A stretch of 64,000 nt of DNA from Promethearchaeati archaeon (GCA_013166775.1 JABLTJ010000017.1:1-64000); one strand, 5' to 3'; shown: positions 27,090 to 38,124, counted from the first letter of the stretch. Numbers and translations are program-made. The notes: generated by a model not told the origin, from the letters alone.

Positions 27090-29081
27090 TTAACTTAGTT
27101 TTTTTCTTTTATATCCTTGAAACTCAAATTGCCAAAAGGCGTATCCTTCTGAGGCAGATCTTAATTCCGTAGCAATTTGCAAGGAAGATTCAACACTTAT
27201 TTCTCCTGTAATTATTGTCCTTGAAACTAGATGTTCAGTATCTTCGATATTACTACCATATCTCTGTACTACAGTTAAAATTGGGCCTAGATAATGAATG
27301 GGAGTATTTATCGAAAATGAGTATATGGGTTCATAGATTCCCGGATTTGCATTCATAACTGCTTCATGTAATATGTTTCTCACTAAGGGAATTACAATTT
27401 CATATCTAAGAGAATCAGGGGACAATTCCTCTATTTCTTCTACAACCATCGTTATATTCCGAATTGGAAAACCTTTCAGTGGACCTTTAAGTACAGCGTT
27501 TTGAAATCCAATTTTTAATAAATCAAGAATCTCATTATTCTTTTCTTCTGTATCAACAACAAGACAATTCTCTCTATAGTCCGAGTATATACAATCCTCC
27601 TCAAGTTCATTTGTAGGTTTACATTTAGCTGTAATTTGCAATAGGTTCAGATAATCATTTTTTACTAGTTGGACTTCTTTTTCTATTTCCTCAGCTAAAC
27701 TCACCTCAGGATCAGATACTTCAACATTAATACCTGCTTCCTCAATTTCTCCAATAATGATTTCCAATTGTAGCTCACCTATTCCATGAATTTTCATTTC
27801 TCCTGTATTTTCATCGGTTGTATATCGAAAATTTGGTTTGATTAGAGATAGAACACCCATTATTTTTTCCATTTTTGGTATATCTGAAACTCTACGTGGT
27901 TCTATGCGTCTAGATATAACTGATTCTTGAAGGTAAGGTATTTGGTTGAATAGTATATTTGGGAAATCAGTTTCATTATTCACAAATGTATCTCCAATTT
28001 GGATATCCTTCAAACCAATTAGAATTGCTATATTACCCGCACTTACTGAATCCATTTTGATAAGTGATTGCCCTTTGTAGATGCATACTTGCTGGATTCT
28101 AGATGCTTTTCCTGTACGTCTATTTTTAAGAACAGTACCAGATTTTACTGTTCCGGAAAAAACTCTTGTAACTGCAATAATACCTCTATTATCTTCATAT
28201 AGCAATTTACCTAAGCACAAGATGGATGGACCTGAATTATCACAATTAACAATGGCATCTTTTGATTTTTTGTCAATAAATTGAATAATGTACTCATAAC
28301 GTTGTTCTTGAGCTTTTTTAGGATTTTCAATATTCTCTATTATAGCTAGCATCACAGCTTCTATTATTGGAAAACTATCTTTAAGCTGTTCTAGATCGTC
28401 GTTTCTATGTAATTCTATTATCTTATCAAATTGGGGAATCTCACTTGAATATTTTGAAATTGCCCACCCATAAAGAGCAGCTCCTATTATGACTGTTCCC
28501 TCTTCAAAACTAATTTTCCACTCTTTCTTAAATGGTTTAGGAGCATATTGATTGATAAGCTCATTTACCATTTGAATGATATTATTTAATCTAGTTTCAA
28601 TCTCTTCTTTTGGTAATTTAAGCTCATTAATCAAACGATCAACCTTATTGATGAAAAGAATCGGTCTTAAACATTCATTCATTGATTGCTTAATAACGGA
28701 TTCAGTTTGTGCCATTACTTGCTCAACCGCATCCACAACTATAATCACACCATCAACAAGTCGTAGTGCTTGAGAGACCATACCTGAAAAGTCCACATGC
28801 CCTGGTGTATCAACTAGATTAATCAAATACTGAGAATTATTATGATCATAATTAAAGGAAATATTAGTTGTTTTTATTGTAATTCCTCTTTTTTGCTCTT
28901 CTTCAAGGAAATCAAGAGCTCTTGCGCTTCCGGCCATAGCTTTTGATATCAGTCCTCCAGCTTGGAGTAAATGATCCGAAAGAGTAGTTTTTCCATGATC
29001 TACATGACTCACGATACTAACATTACGTATGTTTTCTTTGTTTTCCATTGAAGAGTAGATTTGATTGATGTACTTACTCAT
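27090..29081 (-). CDS. Elongation factor 2-like GTPase, probable EF-2 paralog
   Basis: Motifs HVDHGKTT, RGITI, DTPGH, NKVD; 663 aa; no HRG diphthamide loop visible. Confidence 0.85.
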   Translation of the reverse strand: MSKYINQIYSSMENKENIRNVSIVSHVDHGKTTLSDHLLQAGGLISKAMAGSARALDFLEEEQKRGITIKTTNISFNYDHNNSQYLINLVDTPGHVDFSGMVSQALRLVDGVIIVVDAVEQVMAQTESVIKQSMNECLRPILFINKVDRLINELKLPKEEIETRLNNIIQMVNELINQYAPKPFKKEWKISFEEGTVIIGAALYGWAISKYSSEIPQFDKIIELHRNDDLEQLKDSFPIIEAVMLAIIENIENPKKAQEQRYEYIIQFIDKKSKDAIVNCDNSGPSILCLGKLLYEDNRGIIAVTRVFSGTVKSGTVLKNRRTGKASRIQQVCIYKGQSLIKMDSVSAGNIAILIGLKDIQIGDTFVNNETDFPNILFNQIPYLQESVISRRIEPRRVSDIPKMEKIMGVLSLIKPNFRYTTDENTGEMKIHGIGELQLEIIIGEIEEAGINVEVSDPEVSLAEEIEKEVQLVKNDYLNLLQITAKCKPTNELEEDCIYSDYRENCLVVDTEEKNNEILDLLKIGFQNAVLKGPLKGFPIRNITMVVEEIEELSPDSLRYEIVIPLVRNILHEAVMNANPGIYEPIYSFSINTPIHYLGPILTVVQRYGSNIEDTEHLVSRTIITGEISVESSLQIATELRSASEGYAFWQFEFQGYKRKKLS

Positions 29082-29256
29082 TGATGTTTGTCCATTGTTA
29101 TTAATAATTTAAAGATTTATCCTCATGTTTCTTATTCCTATAATTGATAACTCATTATCGTTAATGTTTTAAGTAAAAGACAGTATTATAGTATGATAAA
29201 TAGTATAATCAAGATTGAGTTAAAGAAACATAATTGAAATTTGTGAGGTATGTTTA

Positions 29257-29655
29257 ATGTATGAAACAAAAGTTCCTGGAACAAGATACATTGTTGAATT
29301 GCTTAATGTAAAAGGACAATGGATGATTCAAATTAAACTTGTTGATGTCGTTGAAGCTAGTGTTGTTGTGAAAGATATTAGTGAGAGAGGAATCCGTGAG
29401 AATATCAAATCCGTAGTTTCAGAGGTTAATTTATACATAAATGATTTTATGCTTGATCAGATTACTAAAGAAATTACGGAACAAGCTCAAATATTATTCA
29501 AAGAAGTAGTAGCAACAGCTTCGAGAGAAAATCAAGAAGAAATGACTGCGGTAGAAGAAACAATAATTCAGATGGTTAAGCGTATTGAAACCTTAGAACA
29601 GCGAATTCAAAGACTAGAAAGTATGCTTTCAAGCAGTGAAAGCCCTTCTCCTTGA
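29257..29655 (+). CDS. Hypothetical protein with C-terminal coiled coil
   Basis: GAGGT RBS; 132-aa ORF. Confidence 0.6.
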   Translation: MYETKVPGTRYIVELLNVKGQWMIQIKLVDVVEASVVVKDISERGIRENIKSVVSEVNLYINDFMLDQITKEITEQAQILFKEVVATASRENQEEMTAVEETIIQMVKRIETLEQRIQRLESMLSSSESPSP

Positions 29656-29735
29656 AGTGTTTTCCATTTCTTTATTTTCTTACTAAAACGAAATCTTCTT
29701 AAAACCCTCCAAACGTTTTTCTCAAAGGTGAAACG

Positions 29736-30050
29736 ATGGCTCAACGAGCTAGAATTAGATTAATAGGAAATGATCCCCATTCAATACAAAAGATATGTAA
29801 TCAAATACAAAAGATTGCAGAAAGAACAGGAGTACGTATAAGAGGACCTATTCCACTTCCATCAAAACGTATAGTTCTACCTGTTCGTAAATCTCCATGT
29901 GGTAATGGAACCGCAACTTATGATCATTATGAAATGAAGTTGCACAAAAGAATTATCGATATGGATGCAGAAGAAAAAAGCATGAGGCTTTTAATGAGGA
30001 TTCATGTTCCTGAAGATGTGCATATCGAGATAGCCATTGAAAGGAAATAA
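29736..30050 (+). CDS. rpsJ: 30S ribosomal protein uS10
   Basis: GPIPLP...RKSPCGNG...HKRIID. Confidence 0.97.
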   Translation: MAQRARIRLIGNDPHSIQKICNQIQKIAERTGVRIRGPIPLPSKRIVLPVRKSPCGNGTATYDHYEMKLHKRIIDMDAEEKSMRLLMRIHVPEDVHIEIAIERK

Positions 30051-30097
30051 TAATCCCTTTTCTTTTTCAGTAAGTAACTTTCAAATACAATCTAGAT

Positions 30098-31033
30098 TTA
30101 TAGTTTATATTCCGGATAGAAATTTCTTATTAGTAATAGAATACCTTCTGGACCATTTAGATTCTTATTTTCATAGATATACTCTCTACAAAAGTCAATC
30201 ATCTGATTGAAATATTTCCTAATTCGATGCTCTGGTATAAGTATATTGTAGGGAAAAATTAATTCTCCATTGAAGATTTTTGAATGTAGTAAGTCTCTTA
30301 ATGCTACAAGAGAAGTTTTGGAAACATCTTTTCCGATATTAAATAAAATATCTTTGAATGATTCATAAAAAGAATCTACTATTTCCATTTGATTATTCAT
30401 TATTTGGAATAAGATAGATACGTGTTCTTGTTGGTTCTCCCTAGCACTCAAGAAAATATACCAGAAATGGTTTTCAGGGAGAATTTCTATTGATTTAACA
30501 TAAAAGTCTGTATCAGTTTCTTTTCCTTTAATCTTGATGATAGAACCTTTTGTTATTTGATGAACTTTCAGTGTCTTTTTAGTTTCTTTAGTCTTTTGAG
30601 CAGTTATTGTACACTGTATTTCCTTATTCGGGGGAAGGAATAATTCAATTCTTAAACCAGTTTCATCTAATTTTTCATAAGTTGATTTTACTAAACCTGT
30701 TATTGTTTGCTCTTCATTTTGTTTCTTACAATAATAACGATCAACTTTGAATGCTGTGTTTGCACTACCAAATTTGCCTTCTGTTACAACAATTTCACCT
30801 TTTTTGTTTCTTATACAGAAGCCATTCTTTATTATAAGATCTAGACCTACAATTATGCTTTTTGCAAACTCTGAGTTTTTTAGTTTGTAATTGTAAATTT
30901 CATTTTCAACCTTTACTTTACCGTATGTCCCCCATTGGCTGAAATGAACTGATACAATTTCTCCTTCCAAGGAATCAATCGTTTTTCCTGCATCTAGATA
31001 AAAAAATTGTTGTCTATTATCTATATTCATCAT
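30098..31033 (-). CDS. Hypothetical protein, possibly with OB folds
   Basis: Beta-rich N-terminal half with OB-like pattern; weak evidence. Confidence 0.45.
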   Translation of the reverse strand: MMNIDNRQQFFYLDAGKTIDSLEGEIVSVHFSQWGTYGKVKVENEIYNYKLKNSEFAKSIIVGLDLIIKNGFCIRNKKGEIVVTEGKFGSANTAFKVDRYYCKKQNEEQTITGLVKSTYEKLDETGLRIELFLPPNKEIQCTITAQKTKETKKTLKVHQITKGSIIKIKGKETDTDFYVKSIEILPENHFWYIFLSARENQQEHVSILFQIMNNQMEIVDSFYESFKDILFNIGKDVSKTSLVALRDLLHSKIFNGELIFPYNILIPEHRIRKYFNQMIDFCREYIYENKNLNGPEGILLLIRNFYPEYKL

Positions 31034-31086
31034 ATGTTAATTGAAAGAATAATATAAAAACTCGCGAATGTTGTGAGGAAATATTC

Positions 31087-32661
31087 TCATAATTCATCTA
31101 GTTCTATCAATTTAACACTCATATAGGAATCTTCAAACAGACCAGGTATTGAGATTTTAAGTTCTTCGGAAATTTCAACAGAATCGATTGAACTAATTTT
31201 AATAGATTCATATTCATTTTTAGAGATAAATTTTTTCACTTCTTCTTTTGCCTTTTTTATTAGTTCAATAGTTAAAACCTCAGAGAAAACAAATTGACTG
31301 AAAGGATAAGTTTCCGCGAGTTCTATTGGAACAACCCCAATAAATGGTAGAAAGATGACGTAATCAGTATCTTCTCTTCTTTCTTTCAACATCTTCCTGA
31401 TTTTTATATTTGAATTTATTATTTCCAAGGGACTTTTTTTACCAGAACAAACGAGAATAACGAGATTAGAACTTCCTGGTGTATAATTTTGCAGTATTCT
31501 TTTCCTCGCTCTTGTAAGTTCAGGACGATAAAACGATTTTTCATCATAGATTTTTAGACCTATTTGTTTTGTTATAGGTGTGGATATTTCCCAAAAATCT
31601 TCTTGAACTTCCTTAGTTAAATATTGAAAAGCTTTATATAAATACGGATGAGATCGTGCTCTCAATTCAAGCAGTTCCCATAATCTTCCTTCTTTTAATG
31701 CAACATGTATCCTCTTTATTTCAGCTGCAGAGACATATAGATTGTGCAAAGACAAGTTCCTAATTCTTGTTTCCTCTTCTACTCCCAACAATTCTTTAGG
31801 CTTCCATTTAGAACAGACTTCACAAGGACATGGAAAATCGAATAAATCAGTAAGATGATAAGTACCTGATGTAGTCATATATCTTCCCTCTTTTGCATAC
31901 AAAACATAAGCTGCACTATCGAAAGTATCACAACCAAGAGCTACAATAAATGGAAAAATCATTGGATGCCCAGCACCAAACAAATGAAAAGGCACATTAT
32001 GGGGGAGTAAACTTCTTGCTTCCTTTATCATAGTAAAAAGTGAAACATAATCATATTGTGCCATGATGGGTACCACACTTCCAAGTGCATGAAAGCCAAA
32101 ATTCTCTAGATATCCTCTGTTGGTAACTTCCTTAATGTACTCATTAATTAATTGAATATTTTTCCCTCCTTGAATTGGTAAAGTCCAAATTACTTCCTTT
32201 GTTCTTTTTACGAAATCAAAAGACATTTTAACTCGATTAATGGTTTCCTCCATCTTCCTCTTAGCTTGTCGATACGTATCTGTTGGAGGTGTTGGAACAT
32301 CAAGTATAACTCCAATATCTGCTTTAAGATCAGTTTGTATTTGAAGAGATTGTATTGGGCTTATATCAGCATCTCCATAAGCTAGGATTTGATATGCGCC
32401 GCTGTCCATCATAATATTTCCTTCAAAACCCATGTGTTCATGAATACTTTTTATTCCATCTGGTATTCCATGACGTTTTAAGAATAAATATGCGCTTGAA
32501 ATTATAAAATTGAACCCGAATTTCTTGTTCATTTCTTCAGCTGAAACTATGTTGTTTTTTGGATCTAATACAGGAACAAGTGTAGGCGTTGTAACTTTAC
32601 CTTTTGGTAAATCGAGGATTCCCAACCTTCCATGTAAATCTGAAGCTATAATGTCATCCAT
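31087..32661 (-). CDS. tgtA: Archaeosine tRNA-guanine(15) transglycosylase
   Basis: Motifs MMDSGAYQ, HLFGAGHP, GCDTFDSAAY, CPCEVC. Confidence 0.93.
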   Translation of the reverse strand: MDDIIASDLHGRLGILDLPKGKVTTPTLVPVLDPKNNIVSAEEMNKKFGFNFIISSAYLFLKRHGIPDGIKSIHEHMGFEGNIMMDSGAYQILAYGDADISPIQSLQIQTDLKADIGVILDVPTPPTDTYRQAKRKMEETINRVKMSFDFVKRTKEVIWTLPIQGGKNIQLINEYIKEVTNRGYLENFGFHALGSVVPIMAQYDYVSLFTMIKEARSLLPHNVPFHLFGAGHPMIFPFIVALGCDTFDSAAYVLYAKEGRYMTTSGTYHLTDLFDFPCPCEVCSKWKPKELLGVEEETRIRNLSLHNLYVSAAEIKRIHVALKEGRLWELLELRARSHPYLYKAFQYLTKEVQEDFWEISTPITKQIGLKIYDEKSFYRPELTRARKRILQNYTPGSSNLVILVCSGKKSPLEIINSNIKIRKMLKERREDTDYVIFLPFIGVVPIELAETYPFSQFVFSEVLTIELIKKAKEEVKKFISKNEYESIKISSIDSVEISEELKISIPGLFEDSYMSVKLIELDEL

Positions 32662-32718
32662 TTAACAAACCTACGTTACACTAAAATGAGTAAGAAAAAG
32701 GTATCTTTAACTTTACTA

Positions 32719-33138
32719 TTAGTCTTTTTCTGCTTTATATTTATCAAAAATTTTGCGGATTCTTTCTGCAATTGGTCCTGTTCCTTTAACACCTTCTTCA
32801 CTTACAGTAAATCTATCTAAAACTTGAATAATAGCAGCTTCTTCGATGATTTTAACATTCTGAGGTTGGAACATTTGTGCTAGTTCACTAGCTAAGCCAC
32901 TTAAATCAAAGGGTTCTTCAGCTAAAGTTATTTCAACAATGTTTGGACCAGTAATGAATACTCTAAAATAGCTTTCATCTTTGCTAGTTGCTTCTGCTAA
33001 GACAACATTAAGAGAACTGTCTTGGATACCACGTAGAACACCTGTGTATACTTTTTCACTGTTCATAGTAACTTTGACTCTTTTGTTTAGAAGTCCACTA
33101 AGTTCTAATAGAAACTCACGATTTGGGTTTGCTGGCAT
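32719..33138 (-). CDS. Lsm/Sm-like protein with C-terminal extension (SmAP3-like)
   Basis: Sm1/Sm2 pattern YTGVLRGI...LNVVL...VFITGPNI. Confidence 0.8.
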   Translation of the reverse strand: MPANPNREFLLELSGLLNKRVKVTMNSEKVYTGVLRGIQDSSLNVVLAEATSKDESYFRVFITGPNIVEITLAEEPFDLSGLASELAQMFQPQNVKIIEEAAIIQVLDRFTVSEEGVKGTGPIAERIRKIFDKYKAEKD

Positions 33139-33196
33139 ATTTAATCAAAGCAAGCTCAAAGTGTTTATAAAAAAAGGTTATGGATGTAGAGTTTAA

Positions 33197-35203
33197 TTAT
33201 TTATTGTGTTTACTCTCTTGTATCTCTTGATGAATTCTGTTTTTCAATCCTTTATGAACAACTGTAACAATTGGACATACATCAAAACAAAGATTACAAT
33301 TTGAACATAATTGTTCACTAATGAAAATAGTGTTATTTTGAAAAGAAATCGCTTCATATTCACATTTACCTTTACATAAACCACAACCAATGCATCCTAA
33401 AGCTCGCAAAATAGTAAATGTAAAAACATTATTTATCTCTTGAATCATGTTGTTTGTAAGTATTTTCTGTTTCTTGAAATTGATTTTAAAAGTACCATCA
33501 GAATAGACCAAAATTGATCTTTTTCTATTTGAAATGCGAACAAAATTTAATTTCTTATTATATTGAACCCTTCCTAAGATTGGTAAGAAATTTACTATAC
33601 TGTCTAAATCTACAGCTTCAGAGAAAGCCCCTATAACACTTACAGGTTGGGTTACACAATCACTAGCTTCAATCTGTAGTGATGAGAGCGTTATGTCTTG
33701 TGAGATTTTTATATACTCTTTTTTATTAATTGATAAAGCAGATAGAATCTTTTTCGGTAGTTTTTTGAATCTCCAGAGACCATATTTCCAATAATCGTCT
33801 GGTAGCTTTCTTTTATTTTTCCATCTCTCTACTGCATTATATAATTTCTCATAAAGTTCCGGATGATTGTTTCTCAAAATTTCGAATTGGGCCATATCTG
33901 ATGATGGACAGACCCAACAACCAATCCTTTCATATCCAATATCATAGAGAGGATTATATGGAAGATCTTTCCATAATATATATAGCCAAATCATGAATGC
34001 GGTCCATTCTTGGATGGGGGAGACATTAATTTGGTTAGGTATGTATTGGTTTTCCCAAATATCAGATAATGCTCTTCTAAACGATTCGTATCTTCTTTGC
34101 CCTACAAAGCTTATACATTTGCCATTATTGAATTCTTTACTGATTGCTCTTTGAATTGGAGCTAATTTTGCAAATTTACAACAGTGTCTAAAATCTCTTC
34201 CTGGAGGTCCAAATTTGTCAAATGCTCCCCAAAATAATTCAGATGAAACTTCTTCTGTGATTAATTGATCTTTAAAATCTAATTCCACACTGGAATCTTT
34301 AACATATTTAATTGTTTCAGGAAATTCAATTCCTGTATCAACAAACATTACTTTATATTCATTTTTTGGAAAAGCTTGTTGTATAATAGATAAAGTTACG
34401 AGACTATCCTTTCCACCACTATACGAAACTAACATCGGTAATCTAAGTTCGTTTCTAATTTTTTGCACAAATTCTATGCTCTCATTTTCTAATTTTTGTA
34501 ATCCTTCTATATTATATTTCACAACTTCATTCCAAGAATGTTTCTTCTTCTTTGGTTTAAATGCTTCTTTTACAGAAAGATAATTTTTAGCATATACTCC
34601 CCTTTCCTTATTCTGTCGTTCATTTTCATCAATTCTCGCAATTCCCCCAGCAATGACCTTTTCTTCTTCATCAAGAACTACTAAATAATTTCCGTATTTA
34701 ATATTCTCATCAGCATCTAAAACACCAGGGATTAGGATATTTGCTCCTTGAATAATCTTCTCTTTTGCTCCAGAGTCTATTTTAACCCAGTTTTTTGTTA
34801 TTTTACCTTCAAGTAGTGATAAACCATTAGAATTAAGTTTGATTATCCATTTACTTCTTAGCAAATCATATCTGCGAGTTCCTATACTTCTACCAAATAA
34901 GATAATTTCATCCATTTGATCTTCAGAACCAAGATGATTAAGAAGAACAATATCATCATCCAAAAAGATTTCACTCCTCTCTCCAAAATTTTCTTTGATT
35001 AATTCTTGAATTTCTTTGACCTCGTTCATCTTTGCAGGTCTCACATCAAAAGGAGGCGTTAGAGGTAATAGTCCAGTTGCATTTCTGCAAACTGGACATA
35101 TATGTGATTTAATAATAGGAAGATCACATTCATAGCAATAAAATAGGGTATTTTTTCCTAAATAGGGAATGTTTTTTTTAGATCTTTTTTTTGGAGGTGA
35201 AAT
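33197..35203 (-). CDS. PAPS-reductase family protein with N-terminal Zn ribbon, PUA domain and C-terminal 4Fe-4S domain; probable ATT start at 35203
   Basis: Motifs SYSGGKDS, RIGCWVCP and CxxCxxC; the frame stays open upstream of 35044 through YLGK..CYEC..CPVC..TPPFDVRPA to an ATT 7 nt after GGAGGT. Confidence 0.85.
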   Translation of the reverse strand: MSPPKKRSKKNIPYLGKNTLFYCYECDLPIIKSHICPVCRNATGLLPLTPPFDVRPAKMNEVKEIQELIKENFGERSEIFLDDDIVLLNHLGSEDQMDEIILFGRSIGTRRYDLLRSKWIIKLNSNGLSLLEGKITKNWVKIDSGAKEKIIQGANILIPGVLDADENIKYGNYLVVLDEEEKVIAGGIARIDENERQNKERGVYAKNYLSVKEAFKPKKKKHSWNEVVKYNIEGLQKLENESIEFVQKIRNELRLPMLVSYSGGKDSLVTLSIIQQAFPKNEYKVMFVDTGIEFPETIKYVKDSSVELDFKDQLITEEVSSELFWGAFDKFGPPGRDFRHCCKFAKLAPIQRAISKEFNNGKCISFVGQRRYESFRRALSDIWENQYIPNQINVSPIQEWTAFMIWLYILWKDLPYNPLYDIGYERIGCWVCPSSDMAQFEILRNNHPELYEKLYNAVERWKNKRKLPDDYWKYGLWRFKKLPKKILSALSINKKEYIKISQDITLSSLQIEASDCVTQPVSVIGAFSEAVDLDSIVNFLPILGRVQYNKKLNFVRISNRKRSILVYSDGTFKINFKKQKILTNNMIQEINNVFTFTILRALGCIGCGLCKGKCEYEAISFQNNTIFISEQLCSNCNLCFDVCPIVTVVHKGLKNRIHQEIQESKHNK

Positions 35204-35216
35204 CTGCGATACCTCC

Positions 35217-36236
35217 TTATGTCTCTCTAAGTAATCTCATTAGAACTCTTGGGATTTGTTTGTAGCTAGATACTTCGGAATATTTTCCTTTACCTAATCT
35301 TGCTAAATCTTTGCAAACTCTTCTCCCCCAATCATGTTTACTTGGTAACGAAATTACATGAAGCTTGGGGAAATATCTCAGATATGGTCTAGGATCTCCG
35401 CCTCTATTGAATGCCCCATCAGTTATTAAGATACCAAATTTATTTCTTCGCTTAATTTTATCAAGCTCTAAACCTGCAAATCTTAAACCTTCAGATATAT
35501 TTGTATATCCTGCACTTTCGCTTTCCAAAATTCTGTTTACTAACTCATCAGTCTTGATACGTTCCTTTATTCTTTTTATTGTATAGGCTTTTGTATTGAA
35601 GATTACTACACTGAAGTTATCTCTTGCTAGATTGTAAGCCATAACTGCAACAGTTAACGCAGCAGTTGTAAACCTTTCACCATACAATGAACCTGATGTG
35701 TCAAAAATCAATACTGCGGTTTTTGTTCTCTCTTTTCTTTCAAGACTAACTATATCTTCTGTATTCAATATTCTACTTCTGTTTTGGAGAAATCGTTCCA
35801 GTGTTTCATCAATATCAAATTCATCTAAACCTGGTTCATATTCAGTTTGTTCAAATACTTCTCCTCGAATACCTTGACTTGTAATTCCAAAAGCAGTTGA
35901 AAGGATAACTTGTCTTGCTAGTCTACGAAACACTGGTTTCATTCTATCATCAAGTGCTGTTCTCAACATAAAAAACAATTCTGGAGCACTACTATCTCCT
36001 CTAGATGCTCGCCTGGAGATTAATGTATAGCCTTTCTTTGAGTCTAGTGCTTCTGCAACAGCAAATTTATTTGAAATGGCCAAACCCTGAATAGCTGGCA
36101 TATTATCTACATCTAAAGCAAGTTCTGTTTGTTTTTTAATTTCATAATAACTCATACCCTCTGATAAGCTAGCATAGACAGATGGCTTCCTTTTACCTGA
36201 GACAATTTCAGCTTCCAACAATCTATTTTTATCCAT
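35217..36236 (-). CDS. VWA-domain protein (CoxE-like MoxR partner)
   Basis: MIDAS motif DTSGS, plus YTNI and ITDG. Confidence 0.88.
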   Translation of the reverse strand: MDKNRLLEAEIVSGKRKPSVYASLSEGMSYYEIKKQTELALDVDNMPAIQGLAISNKFAVAEALDSKKGYTLISRRASRGDSSAPELFFMLRTALDDRMKPVFRRLARQVILSTAFGITSQGIRGEVFEQTEYEPGLDEFDIDETLERFLQNRSRILNTEDIVSLERKERTKTAVLIFDTSGSLYGERFTTAALTVAVMAYNLARDNFSVVIFNTKAYTIKRIKERIKTDELVNRILESESAGYTNISEGLRFAGLELDKIKRRNKFGILITDGAFNRGGDPRPYLRYFPKLHVISLPSKHDWGRRVCKDLARLGKGKYSEVSSYKQIPRVLMRLLRET

Positions 36237-36298
36237 TTTCCCTCGAAAGACAAAAGGACGCTGTAGCTCCTCTTTATACAGATCTCCACTTCCCTCAT

Positions 36299-37180
36299 CT
36301 AGAAAAAATCTGTATCTTTGAATGTACTGACAACGATGGATTTAATAACATCTTCTATTAGGCTTTCAACACCGTCTTCTAATTCGACCTTTGTTGCCAA
36401 AGCCATTATTGAACCATCAATCCATGATTCCATGTCATTGACTTCTAGAAAACGAACGATAGCTGCTAAATCAATGGCTCCTCTAATAGAAGATCCTCTT
36501 CTTAAATCAGGCCAATCTCTGGTTTGTCTGATTATTTTTACAGCCATTTTAACAATCTTCTCGTCTTTAATTCCAGTTCTAACACTAACAATATTCTGTT
36601 CCTCTTCTTCAGATTGATATTGTAATCTTATCCAGACAAATCTGTCTCTTAGAGCTTCACTTAATGGTGTTGTTGCTACAAGTTCTGCTGGATTCATTGC
36701 ACTTATTATAAAAAATCCCTCTTTTGCACTAACATCTCCAAGTTTTGGGATGATAATTGTTCCCTCGTCCATTGCCCCTAATAAAACATTTTGAGTGCCT
36801 TCTGGCATTCTGTTTAACTCATTTAAAAAGAGTATAGCACCCTGTTGCATTGCTTTAGTTAGGGGTCCAGTAACAAATGAATCCCATGAATAGCCTTTTT
36901 CAATCACCATGGGTGGATCAAAATGACCAACTAATTTTGCAGAACTATACCTCTCGTCTCCATCTACTCTCTCAAGATCCTGAGTAAAGTAGGAAGCAAT
37001 TGCATGAGCAAGGGTTGTTTTACCCACACCCACATCTCCTTCTAGAAGAATGTGTCTATTTGCTAATTTGGCAGCTAAAGCTTTTCTTAACTCTCCATCT
37101 CTTCCAACAATATTATATTGCTCTTGAATCTCTTTAATCATCTCGGCGATGGTCTTATCTTGCATTACGACGCCTTTCAT
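36299..37180 (-). CDS. MoxR-family AAA+ ATPase
   Basis: Motifs GDVGVGKTT, LNELNR, AMNP, ALRDRF. Confidence 0.9.
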   Translation of the reverse strand: MKGVVMQDKTIAEMIKEIQEQYNIVGRDGELRKALAAKLANRHILLEGDVGVGKTTLAHAIASYFTQDLERVDGDERYSSAKLVGHFDPPMVIEKGYSWDSFVTGPLTKAMQQGAILFLNELNRMPEGTQNVLLGAMDEGTIIIPKLGDVSAKEGFFIISAMNPAELVATTPLSEALRDRFVWIRLQYQSEEEEQNIVSVRTGIKDEKIVKMAVKIIRQTRDWPDLRRGSSIRGAIDLAAIVRFLEVNDMESWIDGSIMALATKVELEDGVESLIEDVIKSIVVSTFKDTDFF

Positions 37181-37384
37181 TCGAATATCTTTCCTCTTAA
37201 TAGTTTATACACGCATTATAACAATAATCGTTTTTTACGATTTTTTAAATACTTTTAGATAATTGCGTAGTGCTCATTTTACGTAATTTCTGTTCTTCTT
37301 CTTCTTCTTATACTACGTAGTACAAATCAAGTACACAACTTTCTATTTTTTTGTTTAAAAGAGTACGTTTTTAACAAAAATCAT

Positions 37385-37987
37385 TTATCTTCTCCTAGTT
37401 ATTAAAATTGCAGATTTTACATTTTTACTATAATTTTTGTCTTTCAAAAATGTTTGATTTTTAGAGGTAAAATCTTCCTTTACTACTTCAAGAACAATTT
37501 TTTCACGAAAGATTTCCTCTATTCGTTTGACTATTTCTTCTCTTATGACTCCTCCCCCTTCACCTACTTTTATTATGAAATCATTTGTTTCAACATTGAA
37601 AAAAACCTTTATCACTTCTTTAACTGAGTCTACAGCTGAAAAGAACTCAGCGGTACCTAATATCAAATCATTATTTGCTAAAACAGCAAAACCTATGGTT
37701 TTTCCCGGATCTATTCCAATTACAACTCTTTCAAACATTTTTTTATCGTTTTTAAGAAGAAAAAGATTCGAGTAGAGATAATAAAGATTAAACGCTTTGG
37801 GAACAAATACCTTCCTCTCTGCAAATACTTGTTTTTCCGTTTCAGTTGTGATTATAATATCTGTATTAGGAGGTATTGAATCTCTAGGCAAAATGTGATT
37901 AGTTTTAATTTCTTTTACATCAGATAAAACTTCATTAAGAGTATACAAAAACCTCAAATTCTTAGTTGCAATTGTTATACTAATCAC
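37385..37987 (-). CDS. Hypothetical protein with RNase H-like (YqgF-like) fold
   Basis: IGIDPGKTIGFAV ... EDFTS. Confidence 0.6.
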   Translation of the reverse strand: MISITIATKNLRFLYTLNEVLSDVKEIKTNHILPRDSIPPNTDIIITTETEKQVFAERKVFVPKAFNLYYLYSNLFLLKNDKKMFERVVIGIDPGKTIGFAVLANNDLILGTAEFFSAVDSVKEVIKVFFNVETNDFIIKVGEGGGVIREEIVKRIEEIFREKIVLEVVKEDFTSKNQTFLKDKNYSKNVKSAILITRRR

Positions 37988-38124
37988 ATTTAAACATTAA
38001 ATAAAGATTAAAAAAGCTTTATCCATGCATACAAGAAAACCCAATCAGTTACAATATAACGTAAAAACTGTATATGAAATCATGTGAAGATTATCTGTAA
38101 AATTAAATCCTAAAGATAAGGTAG

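Noticed and set aside
37279-37322. TTACGTAA and TACTACGTAGTA palindromes upstream of the MoxR gene
   Set aside because: A possible operator, but short, without fixed spacing or a candidate regulator; not enough support.
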